DNA from: a virus
Length of the DNA stretch: 64,000 nucleotides
Virus record (IMG/VR): IMGVR_UViG_3300015371_000002
Location: 32,001-96,000 of that record
Strand: one strand, 5' to 3'
Under the pieces are notes generated by a model. That model searched no databases, was not told where the DNA came from, and saw nothing but the letters and a program-made list of their open reading frames with translations. Shown here piece after piece: positions 1 to 10,299 of the stretch. Position numbers and translations under genes: made by a program. Each line of letters starts with the position of its first letter. The first letter of the stretch is position 1.

Positions 1-163
1 CTCTGTCCTGCGTCTGCTGCGCATCACCAACTACGTCGAAAGCACGACCGATAAGCACCGCTGCAGCGCAAGGAACATCGGGGAAGCCAGCGCGACGCAT
101 CGTAATCGCCTGCACCGGACCTTGCTGGCCGGCGATGATGCGCATAAACCCGTCGGCGTTCAT
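1..163 (-). CDS. Partial CDS, possible head-closure/joining protein
   Basis: ATG at 163 overlaps the stop of 160..345 (ATGA); MNADGFMRIIAGQQGPVQAITMRRAG... is open to the window edge; lies downstream of the connector gene. Confidence 0.4.
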   Translation of the reverse strand, partial: MNADGFMRIIAGQQGPVQAITMRRAGFPDVPCAAAVLIGRAFDVVGDAQQTQDR

Positions 164-345
164 GGCTCAATGACCTGAGGAGGTAATTCGCGGACATTCA
201 GTCCGCGGCATTCACTCAGTTCGGGTCGCAGGGTGGCGCGGCGAGCAAGCAAAAGCAGCAGCGACGGTAAGCTGTAACCGAGGAACTTATCGTCCTGAAC
301 CATTACCTTGCCATCTGCATCCAGGAGTTCGACCAGAAAGTCCAT
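160..345 (-). CDS. Hypothetical protein
   Basis: GGAGG SD upstream; coupled to next ORF. Confidence 0.5.
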   Translation of the reverse strand: MDFLVELLDADGKVMVQDDKFLGYSLPSLLLLLARRATLRPELSECRGLNVRELPPQVIEP

Positions 346-393
346 TCGACCATTCCTCCTGTGATTAGTAATTACAGTGGCAGCCCGCAGGTT

Positions 394-1011
394 TCAGATA
401 GGAAGGTCGCGATACGGCGCTAGCATGCTGGTGACATCGGCGGGCATTGCCGCATCGGATCCGGGCACGGTGCCCACCCAATACGACACATTGTAAACCC
501 CCGGCACCTCTTCACTGCGGATCGATGGATCACGCAGCGCCGATGTTTGGCGGTAACGCATCAGTTGCAGACAGGCACGTTCCAAATCGTAGGGCAGTTC
601 GCCGAGCAATTGATAACCAGCCTGATAGTTAACGACAATCTCGCCGGTCCATCGACCGAAGTTACGATAGAGCAGACCCTTGTTTGCATCCAAGCGATAG
701 TCGGTGGTTGCGAGCGATTGGGTAGAACATGAAACGCTATCGATGATAGCGACTGGATAGCGTGACAATGATAACCCACCGATATGGCCGCTGTATCCGC
801 ATTCGAATGTCTCGCTGACCTTTTCGCGGCCGAGCACGCGATTGACCTGCGAATTGATCAGTGAGGATGCTTCGTGAATCCAGACCGTTAGCTGATCGTC
901 CTGCGATGTGTCGCCAACCGCAATCCCTAGTTCCATCTTGGCTCTGGCCAAAACGGTAAGATCTTGCGTATCGGCGACCTCGGTGATTTCCAGGCTTTGG
1001 CTGTATGTCAT
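394..1011 (-). CDS. Head-tail connector protein (gp6/gp15-like)
   Basis: LTVLARAKMELGI...DDQL, Y.AGY..LP.DLE.AC and C-terminal LAPYR pattern typical of phage adaptors. Confidence 0.75.
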   Translation of the reverse strand: MTYSQSLEITEVADTQDLTVLARAKMELGIAVGDTSQDDQLTVWIHEASSLINSQVNRVLGREKVSETFECGYSGHIGGLSLSRYPVAIIDSVSCSTQSLATTDYRLDANKGLLYRNFGRWTGEIVVNYQAGYQLLGELPYDLERACLQLMRYRQTSALRDPSIRSEEVPGVYNVSYWVGTVPGSDAAMPADVTSMLAPYRDLPI

Positions 1012-3833
1012 GCCAATTCTCGCTCCCCCGCCTGCCCTGAATACCTGCGATTGGTTGGCGAGGCCACGTCACCTCCTGTCCGTGCTAGGGCGCCGCCACG
1101 GCCAGCTCTGGCCCAAGGTAGGCTGGGCGGGATGATGTGCGGATTACCCAGCAGCGCGCCGCCGCCATCGAACGTGGTCCGCGTCGCTGACGGATGCCAG
1201 GAGCCAGCGCCGACAGCCTCGCTCTCGCCAACCAGTTCGGCGGCAGTTGCCAACCGCTGCACCGGTGCGGGGACAACCATCGCGTCAGCGACCAGCGTGC
1301 CTGCGCCACTCATGCGCTGAACCGGAGTGCCGGTTGCTTCGCCAGCACCGTCTAGCTCAACGGCGGCTGCTCGACGGACAACGTTATTCGCGGTCAACGA
1401 ACTATTGGCAGCGACTGTCGCGGATCCTGCCGCGATTAGCTTGGCGCTAGCCGTGACCGTCCCGGTTCCCGCCTCTACGCCGTCGGCGAATTGTGCCGGC
1501 ATACCGGTGCCGACGACCGCACCGCTACCGGCGAGTATGGCGGTTGCGGCGTCGATCGTATTGAGCTGATCGGCCGACAGTGTGCCAAGCCCCAAGAGCG
1601 TCGCGGCGCCTGCCGGGGCATTCGAAGCTGCGTCAGCAACGAAGCTGGCCGCACCGGAAAACAAAGCCGCGCCGGATGGCGCGTGAGTAGGTCCAGCCGT
1701 GATTATGCCGACGCCGTCCAAAGTTACTGTCGCCGAGACCGAATGGTCAGCGGCTGCGGTTAGCTGTCCGACGCCATCGATGGTCCCTGTGGCGGCAGCG
1801 CACATGACTGGCGTAGGCGTTATGCTTCCCGTGCCATTCAGGGCCGCGGTCACCGCTTCGGCTTGAACCGGGGTGACGTTGACTGACCCATGGCCGTGGA
1901 ACGTTGATGCCCCGCTGGCTATGCCCGCCGTCGCGGCTTCGGCATCGAATGTGCCCTGGCCGTCGAGCGTGGCAGAGGCAGTCGGGATATGCATGCCGGC
2001 GGCCGACAGAGCTCCAGCACCAGCCAAAGTCGCAGCGCCGAGCTCCCGCTGGACAAGCGCAGCAGTCAGTATGCCGACACCAGGTAAAGTGGCCGTTGCC
2101 GCTGGGGTGTGCGTCCCGGCCGGTATCAATGCACCAACGCCCGGCAACGTCGCGGCGCCAAGCTCAACCTGTGTGGCGGAGACCCCGAAGTTGCCGCTAC
2201 CCGCGATGGTCGCTGCACCGGATGGGGCGTGCTGGCTATCCGCGGTTACGGCGCCTGCACCAGCGAGCGTCCTGGTGGCAAGCTGCCGCTGAATGGGCGA
2301 CGCCGTTACCGACCCTGCGCCGGGAAGCGTCGAAGTCGCGATCTGCCGCTGAACCGCCGATGCTGTCAGTCCGCCTGCGCCATTCAGCTGCGCCGTGGCG
2401 CAGACAGCCGGGGCCGAAATCAATGAACCCAGACCGGGGAAGGTTGCGGTGGCGATGTCTGCTTGGACCGGCGCCGCCGTCAGGCCACCAGAACCAGCAA
2501 ATGTCGCGGTGGCGAGTAGTCTGGCAACCGGGCTTGCCAAAGGTGTGGCGATGCCCGGCAGTGCGGCACTGGCGAGGAGAACTTGTTTGGCGCTGACCGT
2601 GAGCTGGCCGACGCCCGGCTCGGTCGCGGTTCCGACCTCCCGCATGATGGTTGTCGCGACAACGGTGCCTGCCCCAGCTTCGGTTGCGGAACCAGTTTGT
2701 GTGCCGCCGCCCGCCGTATAGGTGGTGACGATGATGCCCTGAGCTCCAGAGGCGCCGCCACTGCTGTGACCGCCGCCGCCGCCGCCATACAATCCGCCGA
2801 CGTTTGCTGTGCCTGAACCGCCTAAAATCCCATCGCCGCCGCCGCCGCCGCCAGCCCCAGCGGTTGCCCCGCCAGCGGTCTGGGTCCAGGACGCGATGCC
2901 GGTGCCGCCCTTGCCGGCCGCATTTCCGAAATTGCCGCCGCCGCCACCACCACCGGTCCCATCCGTCGCGTCGGCGCTGGCGGTCCCATGACCGGTGCCG
3001 TTAAACCCGTCGCCGCCGTTCCCCCCAGTGAACCCGGCGCCATCCGAGCCAGCAGTCGACGATCCGCCGCCTGCACCGCCGCCGCCGCCGCCGTTGTTGG
3101 ACACATTGGCGCCGCCAGTCTTGCCTGTGCCATCCGGCCCAGCGGCACCGCCACCGCCACTGCAACCGCCGTTATCGGTGTTGCAGGTCTTGCCGTCGCC
3201 GCCGGAATACGCCCCCAACGTCGGCACGCAGGACGCCGCCTGACCGCCTTGGCCGCCGATGCCGGAAGGACCGGTGGCACCCGCCTTGGCGAGCAACACG
3301 CTGGTCGAGACGAACATCGTATCGACCGCAGTCGTGCCGATCGTGTAGGTGGCACTGCCGCTTGGGGTCAGCGAGACGTTCAGCGCCTTGGCGTAAGCGC
3401 CGCCACCGCCACCGCCACCGCCGCCGTTGCTGCCGATATCATGGCCGCCGGTGCCGCCAGCGCCGATCGCCTCGACCGTGTTGTTGCCGCTGTTCCAGTC
3501 GCTCGGCACCGACCATGTCGCATTGGTGCCGGGCGTGGTGACGAACGTCGTGGTTGCGGCAACCCAAGGGACGATACCGTCCCACCACCAAGTGCTCGGA
3601 CAATCCTTGAGTTGGCCAGGCCAGCCGCAAATTCCCTGGCCCCACTCGTCGGCTTCGGTGACAGTGGCGATAACCGTATAGCTGCTGATCTGTCCCGGGA
3701 TCGGCTGCGGACAGCCGCCCTCGGTCCGGATCCGCCGCATCGTCTGCCAGTCCGCGATGGCGATCTCGCGGTAGGTCGGGAGACGCAGAAAGAGGAGTGG
3801 TGCGTGGCGGAGAAACCCCGCTAGACGGGCCAC
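1008..3833 (-). CDS. Gly-rich / 20-aa repeat virion fibre-like protein (941 aa)
   Basis: N-terminal Gly-rich domain (WNSGNNTVEAIGAGG...) then about 25 repeats of ATATLPGxGxLTA; paralog of 4306..8097. Confidence 0.75.
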   Translation of the reverse strand: MARLAGFLRHAPLLFLRLPTYREIAIADWQTMRRIRTEGGCPQPIPGQISSYTVIATVTEADEWGQGICGWPGQLKDCPSTWWWDGIVPWVAATTTFVTTPGTNATWSVPSDWNSGNNTVEAIGAGGTGGHDIGSNGGGGGGGGGAYAKALNVSLTPSGSATYTIGTTAVDTMFVSTSVLLAKAGATGPSGIGGQGGQAASCVPTLGAYSGGDGKTCNTDNGGCSGGGGAAGPDGTGKTGGANVSNNGGGGGGAGGGSSTAGSDGAGFTGGNGGDGFNGTGHGTASADATDGTGGGGGGGNFGNAAGKGGTGIASWTQTAGGATAGAGGGGGGDGILGGSGTANVGGLYGGGGGGHSSGGASGAQGIIVTTYTAGGGTQTGSATEAGAGTVVATTIMREVGTATEPGVGQLTVSAKQVLLASAALPGIATPLASPVARLLATATFAGSGGLTAAPVQADIATATFPGLGSLISAPAVCATAQLNGAGGLTASAVQRQIATSTLPGAGSVTASPIQRQLATRTLAGAGAVTADSQHAPSGAATIAGSGNFGVSATQVELGAATLPGVGALIPAGTHTPAATATLPGVGILTAALVQRELGAATLAGAGALSAAGMHIPTASATLDGQGTFDAEAATAGIASGASTFHGHGSVNVTPVQAEAVTAALNGTGSITPTPVMCAAATGTIDGVGQLTAAADHSVSATVTLDGVGIITAGPTHAPSGAALFSGAASFVADAASNAPAGAATLLGLGTLSADQLNTIDAATAILAGSGAVVGTGMPAQFADGVEAGTGTVTASAKLIAAGSATVAANSSLTANNVVRRAAAVELDGAGEATGTPVQRMSGAGTLVADAMVVPAPVQRLATAAELVGESEAVGAGSWHPSATRTTFDGGGALLGNPHIIPPSLPWARAGRGGALARTGGDVASPTNRRYSGQAGERELA

Positions 3834-3834
3834 A

Positions 3835-4299
3835 TCAGGACAACGTCGCCAGGAACGCGTCGATCGCGGCTAGCACCGTCGGCACCTGCGCCGCGGTGAC
3901 CGTCGTCCACACGAGGCCTTCCGCCGGATCCCAGTGTCGATCGGCGAGAAAGCCTCCTGAGCCCGTGGGATACTGCGCGGCGATCGTCGACAACATGGTT
4001 TGCACCGCAGCATTCGTATTGGTGAAATCCGTGCCGCTGAACGTCACTCCCGGGGTTTGCTGTTGTGCCCAAGTAATAATCGCGTTCGACAAGGTCGGGG
4101 TGGCAGTGCAGATAGCATAGATGGCGTTGTATTGCCGACAGTCCTGCGCGAGTTGCAGAAACCATTGCAGACTGCACGATCCGGCGGTGGTCAATTGTTT
4201 AATGTTCAGACAGTCGGACCGCAGCGTGACGATCGCGTTCCACAGCCTGTCGTAATCGTTGATGACGGGTGAACCGCTTACCGGCAGCGTCATAGCCAA
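3835..4299 (-). CDS. Hypothetical virion-associated protein, paralog of 10300..10761
   Basis: Shared C-terminus YP.xG.G.L.DR...G.VW...T.AQ.P.VL.AI.AFLA. Confidence 0.7.
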   Translation of the reverse strand: MAMTLPVSGSPVINDYDRLWNAIVTLRSDCLNIKQLTTAGSCSLQWFLQLAQDCRQYNAIYAICTATPTLSNAIITWAQQQTPGVTFSGTDFTNTNAAVQTMLSTIAAQYPTGSGGFLADRHWDPAEGLVWTTVTAAQVPTVLAAIDAFLATLS

Positions 4300-4305
4300 C
4301 CCCCT

Positions 4306-7300
4306 TTACGTAACGCCGACGGCGAGACCGCTATAGCGACGTGGCGCTGCGAGTGCTGTTCCACCGGGACCGCGGGCGTGGGCGGCTCCAGGGGGTGGTC
4401 GTTCCAGAGCGGGTGGAATGACGTGTGGCGTCGCGTTGATCGTCGCCGCACCGCCGAATGTCGTGCGCGTGGCGGATGGATGCCAAGAGCCAGCGCCTTC
4501 CGCGGTGCCGACCGCGTCGATCTGCGCCGACGATGCCCAATTCTGATCCGGCGTTCCATCGGCGAGGCCATCACCCGGAAGCAATGCCCCAGCGACCTGG
4601 CGCTGCACCGGTGTTATCGTCTCGGTGCCAACACCGTCTATTTGTGCGGTCGCTGCCCGGCGGATGACGCCGGCGCTAACCGTAAGTGAGCCTGAGCCCC
4701 CAAGTGTCGCCGATACTGCGGCGGTGAGCTTGCCGGTAGCGGTAACAGATCCGATGCCCGCTATCGTCCCATCGCCGAATTGGCAGGGAATACCGTCGCC
4801 AGTGACGGTGCCGACGCCCGCAACAGTAGCGCTACTCGCGGCAATAATATTGAGACTGGTTGCTGTGAGTGAGCCAGCGCCGGAAATACTAGCGGTGCAT
4901 GTGCTAGCTCTTGCCGGAACTGCGGTGAGGCTGCCAACGCCGTCGATTGTCGTGGCGCTATAGGTAATGCGCAGACCGTCAGTCGCGAGCGTGCCCAAAG
5001 CTGAGACGGTTACCGCACCGAGCAGACGCGCCAGCTCGGTTGCGGTCAGTGTGCTGTCGCCGGCGAGGCTGACATTCCCTGCCAAACGCTGGATTGGATT
5101 GGCGATGGTCAGCGAGCCAAGTCCAGTGAGTGTGGCGGCGCCGTTCTGCACACCGGCCTGGGTGGCATCGGCGATGATGGTGCCAACGGCGGTCAGCGCG
5201 GTCGAGGCGACGAGCCGACCGACGATATTTGCGGTCAGGCTACCGATGCCCGGTTCTGTCGCCGAGGTAACCAACTGGCCGACTTCGGCTGAAGTTGGCT
5301 GGCCAACGCCGGAAAGTGCGGCACTTCCAGCCGCTATTAGCACCGCTGTGGCACTAAGTGAGCCGGACCCACCGAAGGTTGCGGCGCCGCTCTGCACCCC
5401 AGCGGTTGCGGCATCGGCTGTAAAGCTGCCGACACCGGCAATTGTGGCGCTGGCTGACGGTGTATGCGTGGCGTTGCCGACCAGATTGCCCACGCCCGGA
5501 AGGACTGCGCTGGCGAGGACAGCCTGAGTTGTAGCGGCCGTCAGCGTTCCGACGCCGTCAATCTGCGCGGTGCCTGCGGGCGTGTGTGATGCGTTTGCGG
5601 TGAGCGAGCCTGCGCCACCGATCAGCGCGCTGGCGAGATCCGCCTGGACCGGCGTGGCGATAATGCTACCAACGCCCGGCAATATGCCTGACGCAAGCTC
5701 CCGCTGAACTTCGGCGGTGACGATGGTGCCGCTGCCAGGGAGCGTTGCGGTGGCGAGTTCAATCTGAATGGGGCTGGCGGATAGTGTGCCAACACCAGTG
5801 AGGGTGGCGCTGCCGTCCTGCTTGCCTGCGACGAATGGGTTGGCGACCAGGGCACCAACGCCTGGTAGCGTCGCGCTGTTGGTCCGCCAGATCTGTGCCG
5901 CGGTAGCGTTTAGGCTGCCGATGCCAGCTTCGCTGGCTTGTCCGCTCGGAGAATGCTGCCCATCCGCCTGCAGCGCGCCGACACCGGCAAGCGCCGCGGT
6001 ATCCAGCAGACCGGCGACGGGCTGCGATGTGAGTTGTCCGACACCAGGAAGCGTGGCGGTTGCCAATTCGACCTGGGTCGCGCTGGCCGTTAGGTTTCCG
6101 CTACCCGCGATGGTCGCCGCACCCGATGGGGTGTGCGTGGCATCGGCAATGAATGCGCCGATCCCACCGAGGGTGGCTGAGGCTGCCTGATATTCGATCG
6201 TTGTTGCGGTAAGGCTACCGACGCCGCTCAGCGTATCGGAAGCAGATGGGTTGTGAGTGCCGGCGGCGCTCAGGAAGCCAGTGCCAGAGAGCGTCGCGGT
6301 ATCGAGTTGCAGCTGAACGGCAGTGGCGGATAGTCCGCCGGCACCCGTCATGGTCGCGGCGGCAAGCGGCGTATGCGCGCCGTCGGCAATTACCCCACCG
6401 ACGCCAGGAAGCAGCGCCTCGCCGAACTGCTTGCCCGCGACACTAGGCGTTGCGTTTATCTGGCCATCGCCAGACAACGTGGCAGAGCCGGATGGCGTAT
6501 GCGTCGCGTCCACGGTCAGTGAGCCGACGCCCGCTTCGGTCGCCGTGGCGATCTGCGCCTGGACAGCGGTTGAGGTTAGATTGCCGACGCCGGGGAATAG
6601 TGCTGCCGCCGACGGCGTATGTAGGCCGTCAGCCGAGAGGCCTCCTGCGCCTCCTAGAGTTGCGGTCGCGACCTCCCGCTGCACTTCCGTCGTAGTGAGC
6701 GAGCCCACGCCCGCGAATGCCGCGGTGGCCGCTGGCGTGTGACTGGCGTTGCCTGCAACCGACCCAATGCCGGGCAGAGTGGCGGAGGCCAGCTCATACT
6801 GGATTGCCGTGCTGGTAAGGGAGCCGACCCCGGTCAGCGTATCGCTGGCCAGCTGGTATTGGATTGCGTTGGCGGTAAGCGACCCTGATCCCGCAATGGT
6901 GGCGGCACCAGAAGGCGTATGCAGCCCGGATCCAGTAAGGCCACCAACGCCATCCAACTGAACCGAGACGACATCCCGCAGCACGGGCGATGCGGTAAGC
7001 GATCCAGAACCGGCGAACGTCGCCGCTCCGACCGGTGTGTGTGCGCCGTTGCCAGATAGGGCGCCGACACCAGGAAGTGTGGCGGTGGCAATGTGGAGAT
7101 CGACGCCCGTCGCGGTCAGACTGCCGACGCCGGCCTCGGTTGCGACAGCAAGCTGAAGCTCGACGGCCGCTGCGGTTATTCCACCGGCACCTGCGAGTGT
7201 TGCCGACCCTGTCCAGGTGGTCGGGCCAGTGGCGGGGACTTGGCCATCGGCGACTAGCCCGCCTTGCCCAGCGAAAGTCCACGAGCCCGGGTTAGGATAT

Positions 7301-8097
7301 GCATCGAAGTCCCCGGCGCCTGCTAGCGTGGCAGACGCTGCGAGGACTTGCGTGTTGGTTGCCGTCAGAGAGCCAGCGCCAGGAAGGGTGCTGGATGCCG
7401 ACCATAGCGGCACCCAAGTCAGAACAATTAGGCCATCAGATCCCAAGCCGCCCGCAATGGTTGTCCCAGCATGCGAACCGCCGCCACCGCCGCCGTAGGC
7501 ACCGCCCGTTCCCCGGGCACCGCCTGACGCCGTGGCGCCGCCGCCACCCGAACCGACGCCGTGGGTGCCGTCCCATTGGGTGCCAGCTCGACCGTTAACC
7601 CCGCCAGCGACAGATGCGGTGGTGCCCGCGCCAGAGCCGTTGCCTGCCGCACCACCTCCAGCTGTCGCTGTGCCGCCAGCGGCCGTCGGGCCACCCGCAC
7701 CCCCGCCGCCGCCACCTGGGCTGCTGGAGGTGCCTGGTGCGAAACCACCACCGCCAGCAAACCGGGTGGCGCCGGTCGAATTGGCCGTCGCCCCGCCCGT
7801 TCCAGCGAGCGCGGTGGTTGCATTGACGCCTTCATCGGCGATGACAAAGGTGCCGAACGCCGTTGCCACAGCACCTGCCGCCGCGCCAACCGTAACGGCG
7901 ACCGGGAACGAAGCAATGGTGACGCCGGTCGATCCAGCATATGAGCCAGCGCCACCGCCCGGTCCGCCGCGTGTGGTTGAGCGACGCGACGCGCCAGCGC
8001 CACCCGAACCCACCGCCTCGACCGTATTGGCAGTATTGTTCCAGTTGCCAGGATCAACGAACGATGTTGCGCCGGTTAGGATAAACTGCTGGGCCAA
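4306..8097 (-). CDS. Gly-rich / 20-aa repeat virion fibre-like protein (1263 aa)
   Basis: Gly-rich head domain then roughly 45-50 tandem 20-aa repeats; TTG start with AAGGA SD. Confidence 0.8.
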   Translation of the reverse strand: MAQQFILTGATSFVDPGNWNNTANTVEAVGSGGAGASRRSTTRGGPGGGAGSYAGSTGVTIASFPVAVTVGAAAGAVATAFGTFVIADEGVNATTALAGTGGATANSTGATRFAGGGGFAPGTSSSPGGGGGGAGGPTAAGGTATAGGGAAGNGSGAGTTASVAGGVNGRAGTQWDGTHGVGSGGGGATASGGARGTGGAYGGGGGGSHAGTTIAGGLGSDGLIVLTWVPLWSASSTLPGAGSLTATNTQVLAASATLAGAGDFDAYPNPGSWTFAGQGGLVADGQVPATGPTTWTGSATLAGAGGITAAAVELQLAVATEAGVGSLTATGVDLHIATATLPGVGALSGNGAHTPVGAATFAGSGSLTASPVLRDVVSVQLDGVGGLTGSGLHTPSGAATIAGSGSLTANAIQYQLASDTLTGVGSLTSTAIQYELASATLPGIGSVAGNASHTPAATAAFAGVGSLTTTEVQREVATATLGGAGGLSADGLHTPSAAALFPGVGNLTSTAVQAQIATATEAGVGSLTVDATHTPSGSATLSGDGQINATPSVAGKQFGEALLPGVGGVIADGAHTPLAAATMTGAGGLSATAVQLQLDTATLSGTGFLSAAGTHNPSASDTLSGVGSLTATTIEYQAASATLGGIGAFIADATHTPSGAATIAGSGNLTASATQVELATATLPGVGQLTSQPVAGLLDTAALAGVGALQADGQHSPSGQASEAGIGSLNATAAQIWRTNSATLPGVGALVANPFVAGKQDGSATLTGVGTLSASPIQIELATATLPGSGTIVTAEVQRELASGILPGVGSIIATPVQADLASALIGGAGSLTANASHTPAGTAQIDGVGTLTAATTQAVLASAVLPGVGNLVGNATHTPSASATIAGVGSFTADAATAGVQSGAATFGGSGSLSATAVLIAAGSAALSGVGQPTSAEVGQLVTSATEPGIGSLTANIVGRLVASTALTAVGTIIADATQAGVQNGAATLTGLGSLTIANPIQRLAGNVSLAGDSTLTATELARLLGAVTVSALGTLATDGLRITYSATTIDGVGSLTAVPARASTCTASISGAGSLTATSLNIIAASSATVAGVGTVTGDGIPCQFGDGTIAGIGSVTATGKLTAAVSATLGGSGSLTVSAGVIRRAATAQIDGVGTETITPVQRQVAGALLPGDGLADGTPDQNWASSAQIDAVGTAEGAGSWHPSATRTTFGGAATINATPHVIPPALERPPPGAAHARGPGGTALAAPRRYSGLAVGVT

Positions 8098-9326
8098 TGC
8101 GATTCCTTTTCGTGCACCAGAGTTTTCCCGGTCAGTATCTCCATCTCATCCGGCATTTGGCCGCGATGGGCCACGAGATCGTCTTTATCTGCGTGCCAAG
8201 CCCCAACCGTATTCCCGGCGTGCGTCTCGTGCTCTATCCGAAGACGCGGCCGGCCGAGGATAATGTGCATGCGGCAGCACGCGACTTAGACGCCGCCATG
8301 CGCCGTGCTGCCGCGGTCGCCAACACCGCCGCACTGGTAAAGCAAGGCGGCTTTACTCCCGATATCATCATCGGCCACCATGGCTGGGGCGAGATGCTCA
8401 ATCTTCCGGACGTCTGGCCGGATACGCCGATGCTCGGCTACTTCGAATTCTACTATCGCACCCGCGGTGCCGATGTCGGCTTCGATCCGGAATTCCCGAC
8501 GCTGATCAGTGACTATCCGATCGTGCGCTCTAAAAACGCGCTCAACCTGTTGGCCTTCGACATGGGTCAGCATGGGCAGACCCCAACCAACTGGCAGCAT
8601 TCGACTTATCCGGCATGGGCGAAGCCATCTATTTCGTTGGTGCCGGAGGGCGTGAACATTGGTGCGCGCCGCCCTGTCGCCGCTCGGAAGACGCTCCAGG
8701 TCGGCGGCATGACGATAAAGCCGCGCGACAAACTGGTGACCTACGTTGCCCGCGACCTGGAGCCTTATCGCGGATTTCACATCATGATGCGCGCCATCCC
8801 GCGCCTATTGCGCGCCCGCCTCGACATCCGCGTCCTATTGGTTGGTGGCGACGGTGTTTCTTACGGACAGCGACATCCAGATGGACCGTGGCGCCAGATT
8901 ATGTTGGAACATCTTGGCGGAGCCATCGACCCGGCTCGCGTGGCGTTTCCCGGTCGCGTTGAACGTTCGCTCTATCTCGATATCATGCAGCGCTCGGACG
9001 CGCATGTGTATTTGACCTATCCATTCGTCGCGTCATGGTCACTGCGCGAGGCGCTGGCGATGGGCTGCGCCATCGTTGCAAGCGACACAGCACCGGTCAC
9101 CGAATTTGTTCGCCATAGCGATACCGGATTGCTAGTGCCGTGTCTGAATCCAGAGGCGGTGGCCGAAGCGGTGCTGCGGTTGTTGGAAGATAAGGCCCTG
9201 GCGCACCGCCTACGAGCTAGCGCGGCGCGCTATGCCGCGAGTGCTCTATCGATTACCGCGCACCTCGAAAGCTACCAGCGTCTGATCTCTCAGGTCACTG
9301 CCCAATCGAGCTTTTCGCTACCCTGA
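8097..9326 (+). CDS. GT4-family glycosyltransferase
   Basis: MRFLFVHQSFPGQY, PDIIIGH.GWGE, ARDLEPYRGF, HVYLTYPFV.SWSL.EA motifs of a bacterial GT-B/GT4 family. Confidence 0.9.
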   Translation: MRFLFVHQSFPGQYLHLIRHLAAMGHEIVFICVPSPNRIPGVRLVLYPKTRPAEDNVHAAARDLDAAMRRAAAVANTAALVKQGGFTPDIIIGHHGWGEMLNLPDVWPDTPMLGYFEFYYRTRGADVGFDPEFPTLISDYPIVRSKNALNLLAFDMGQHGQTPTNWQHSTYPAWAKPSISLVPEGVNIGARRPVAARKTLQVGGMTIKPRDKLVTYVARDLEPYRGFHIMMRAIPRLLRARLDIRVLLVGGDGVSYGQRHPDGPWRQIMLEHLGGAIDPARVAFPGRVERSLYLDIMQRSDAHVYLTYPFVASWSLREALAMGCAIVASDTAPVTEFVRHSDTGLLVPCLNPEAVAEAVLRLLEDKALAHRLRASAARYAASALSITAHLESYQRLISQVTAQSSFSLP

Positions 9327-9568
9327 TAGATGTCGCTGACATCGACATACCACTGGGTAATCAGATTGTAGACATCGTCTGCCGACATCTCACCCATGTA
9401 GCCGTATCGCTCGCGTGGCACCTTGACCATGCGCACCGGTTCGTTGCGCACATTGCCTAGCTCAAGATGCGAGGAGTGATCCAGATGTTCGTCATCGTCG
9501 GGATTGACCACTGAATAGATCGCGTTGCTCTCGGTGCCAACGATCAGTCCGATGAACTTCGTCGCCAT
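9290..9568 (-). CDS. Hypothetical protein
   Basis: ORF abuts 9570..10298 in the late operon. Confidence 0.55.
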   Translation of the reverse strand: MATKFIGLIVGTESNAIYSVVNPDDDEHLDHSSHLELGNVRNEPVRMVKVPRERYGYMGEMSADDVYNLITQWYVDVSDIYQGSEKLDWAVT

Positions 9569-9569
9569 G

Positions 9570-10298
9570 TTACCACCGCAAAGTAGAACCGAGCATCAAT
9601 TGCTTCGGCGGAACTACGATCCCGCCCGCACCACCGATCGTTCCTGAGCCTAGCTGCGTAGGAACGGCAGCAACGTCAATGCCAACGGCGCACCATTCAG
9701 TAGAGGTTGCGCCAGCGGTCCATGCGAGGGTCGAGGCCCCTGGCGCGTAGGCGCCCCGGAAATTCTCAGAGCTCGCGTCTGTGAAGGTAAAAAGCTCCGC
9801 CGAGCCCGTGGCCGTCCACGAGGTCATTGCGGCGGTCGAGGCGCCCAGCGTGCCGATATAGTTTCCCGTCGCGCTGGTAACCGAAAGGCTCGGGGTCCCG
9901 CTTGTTCCGGAGTTAGTGGCCAAGTGGAGAAACGTCGCCGCGATCGTCGCGTTAAGCGAGCCGTTGAACGATACCGCAGAGAGCGCGGCGGGGACAGAAC
10001 TCGTCCACGTCGCGGTTAGGTTCTTGTTGCCTGCCGTCGGGTTCAGCAGGCCGAATAGATATACGTTAACGTTGGTGTTTCCGCTTGAGGTTTCCCCTAC
10101 CTGCGTCATGGTCTGCGGCGTTCCAGCGTTGTCCCACTTGACCGTAACGCCGGTCGGAAAGAAGTTTATTGCATCGAAAGCGAGCCACGCGAGGAGCGCG
10201 GTCGCACCAGCGCCGACCGTCAGGTTGCTGTTGGTCAGCGTCACGGCACCCGCGGTCGTCGCGGCAGCAGAGGCCGCGGCGTCTATCGAGACGGTCAA
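9570..10298 (-). CDS. Putative virion structural beta-rich protein
   Basis: Ala/Thr/Gly-rich, tightly packed in operon; ends with one copy of the G.GTIGGAGG repeat. Confidence 0.65.
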   Translation of the reverse strand: MTVSIDAAASAAATTAGAVTLTNSNLTVGAGATALLAWLAFDAINFFPTGVTVKWDNAGTPQTMTQVGETSSGNTNVNVYLFGLLNPTAGNKNLTATWTSSVPAALSAVSFNGSLNATIAATFLHLATNSGTSGTPSLSVTSATGNYIGTLGASTAAMTSWTATGSAELFTFTDASSENFRGAYAPGASTLAWTAGATSTEWCAVGIDVAAVPTQLGSGTIGGAGGIVVPPKQLMLGSTLRW

Positions 10299-10299
10299 T

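Noticed and set aside
1000-8100. Many plus-strand Pro/Ala-rich ORFs such as 7532..8263 and 2988..3824
   Set aside because: Antisense shadows of GC-rich Gly/Ala codon repeats
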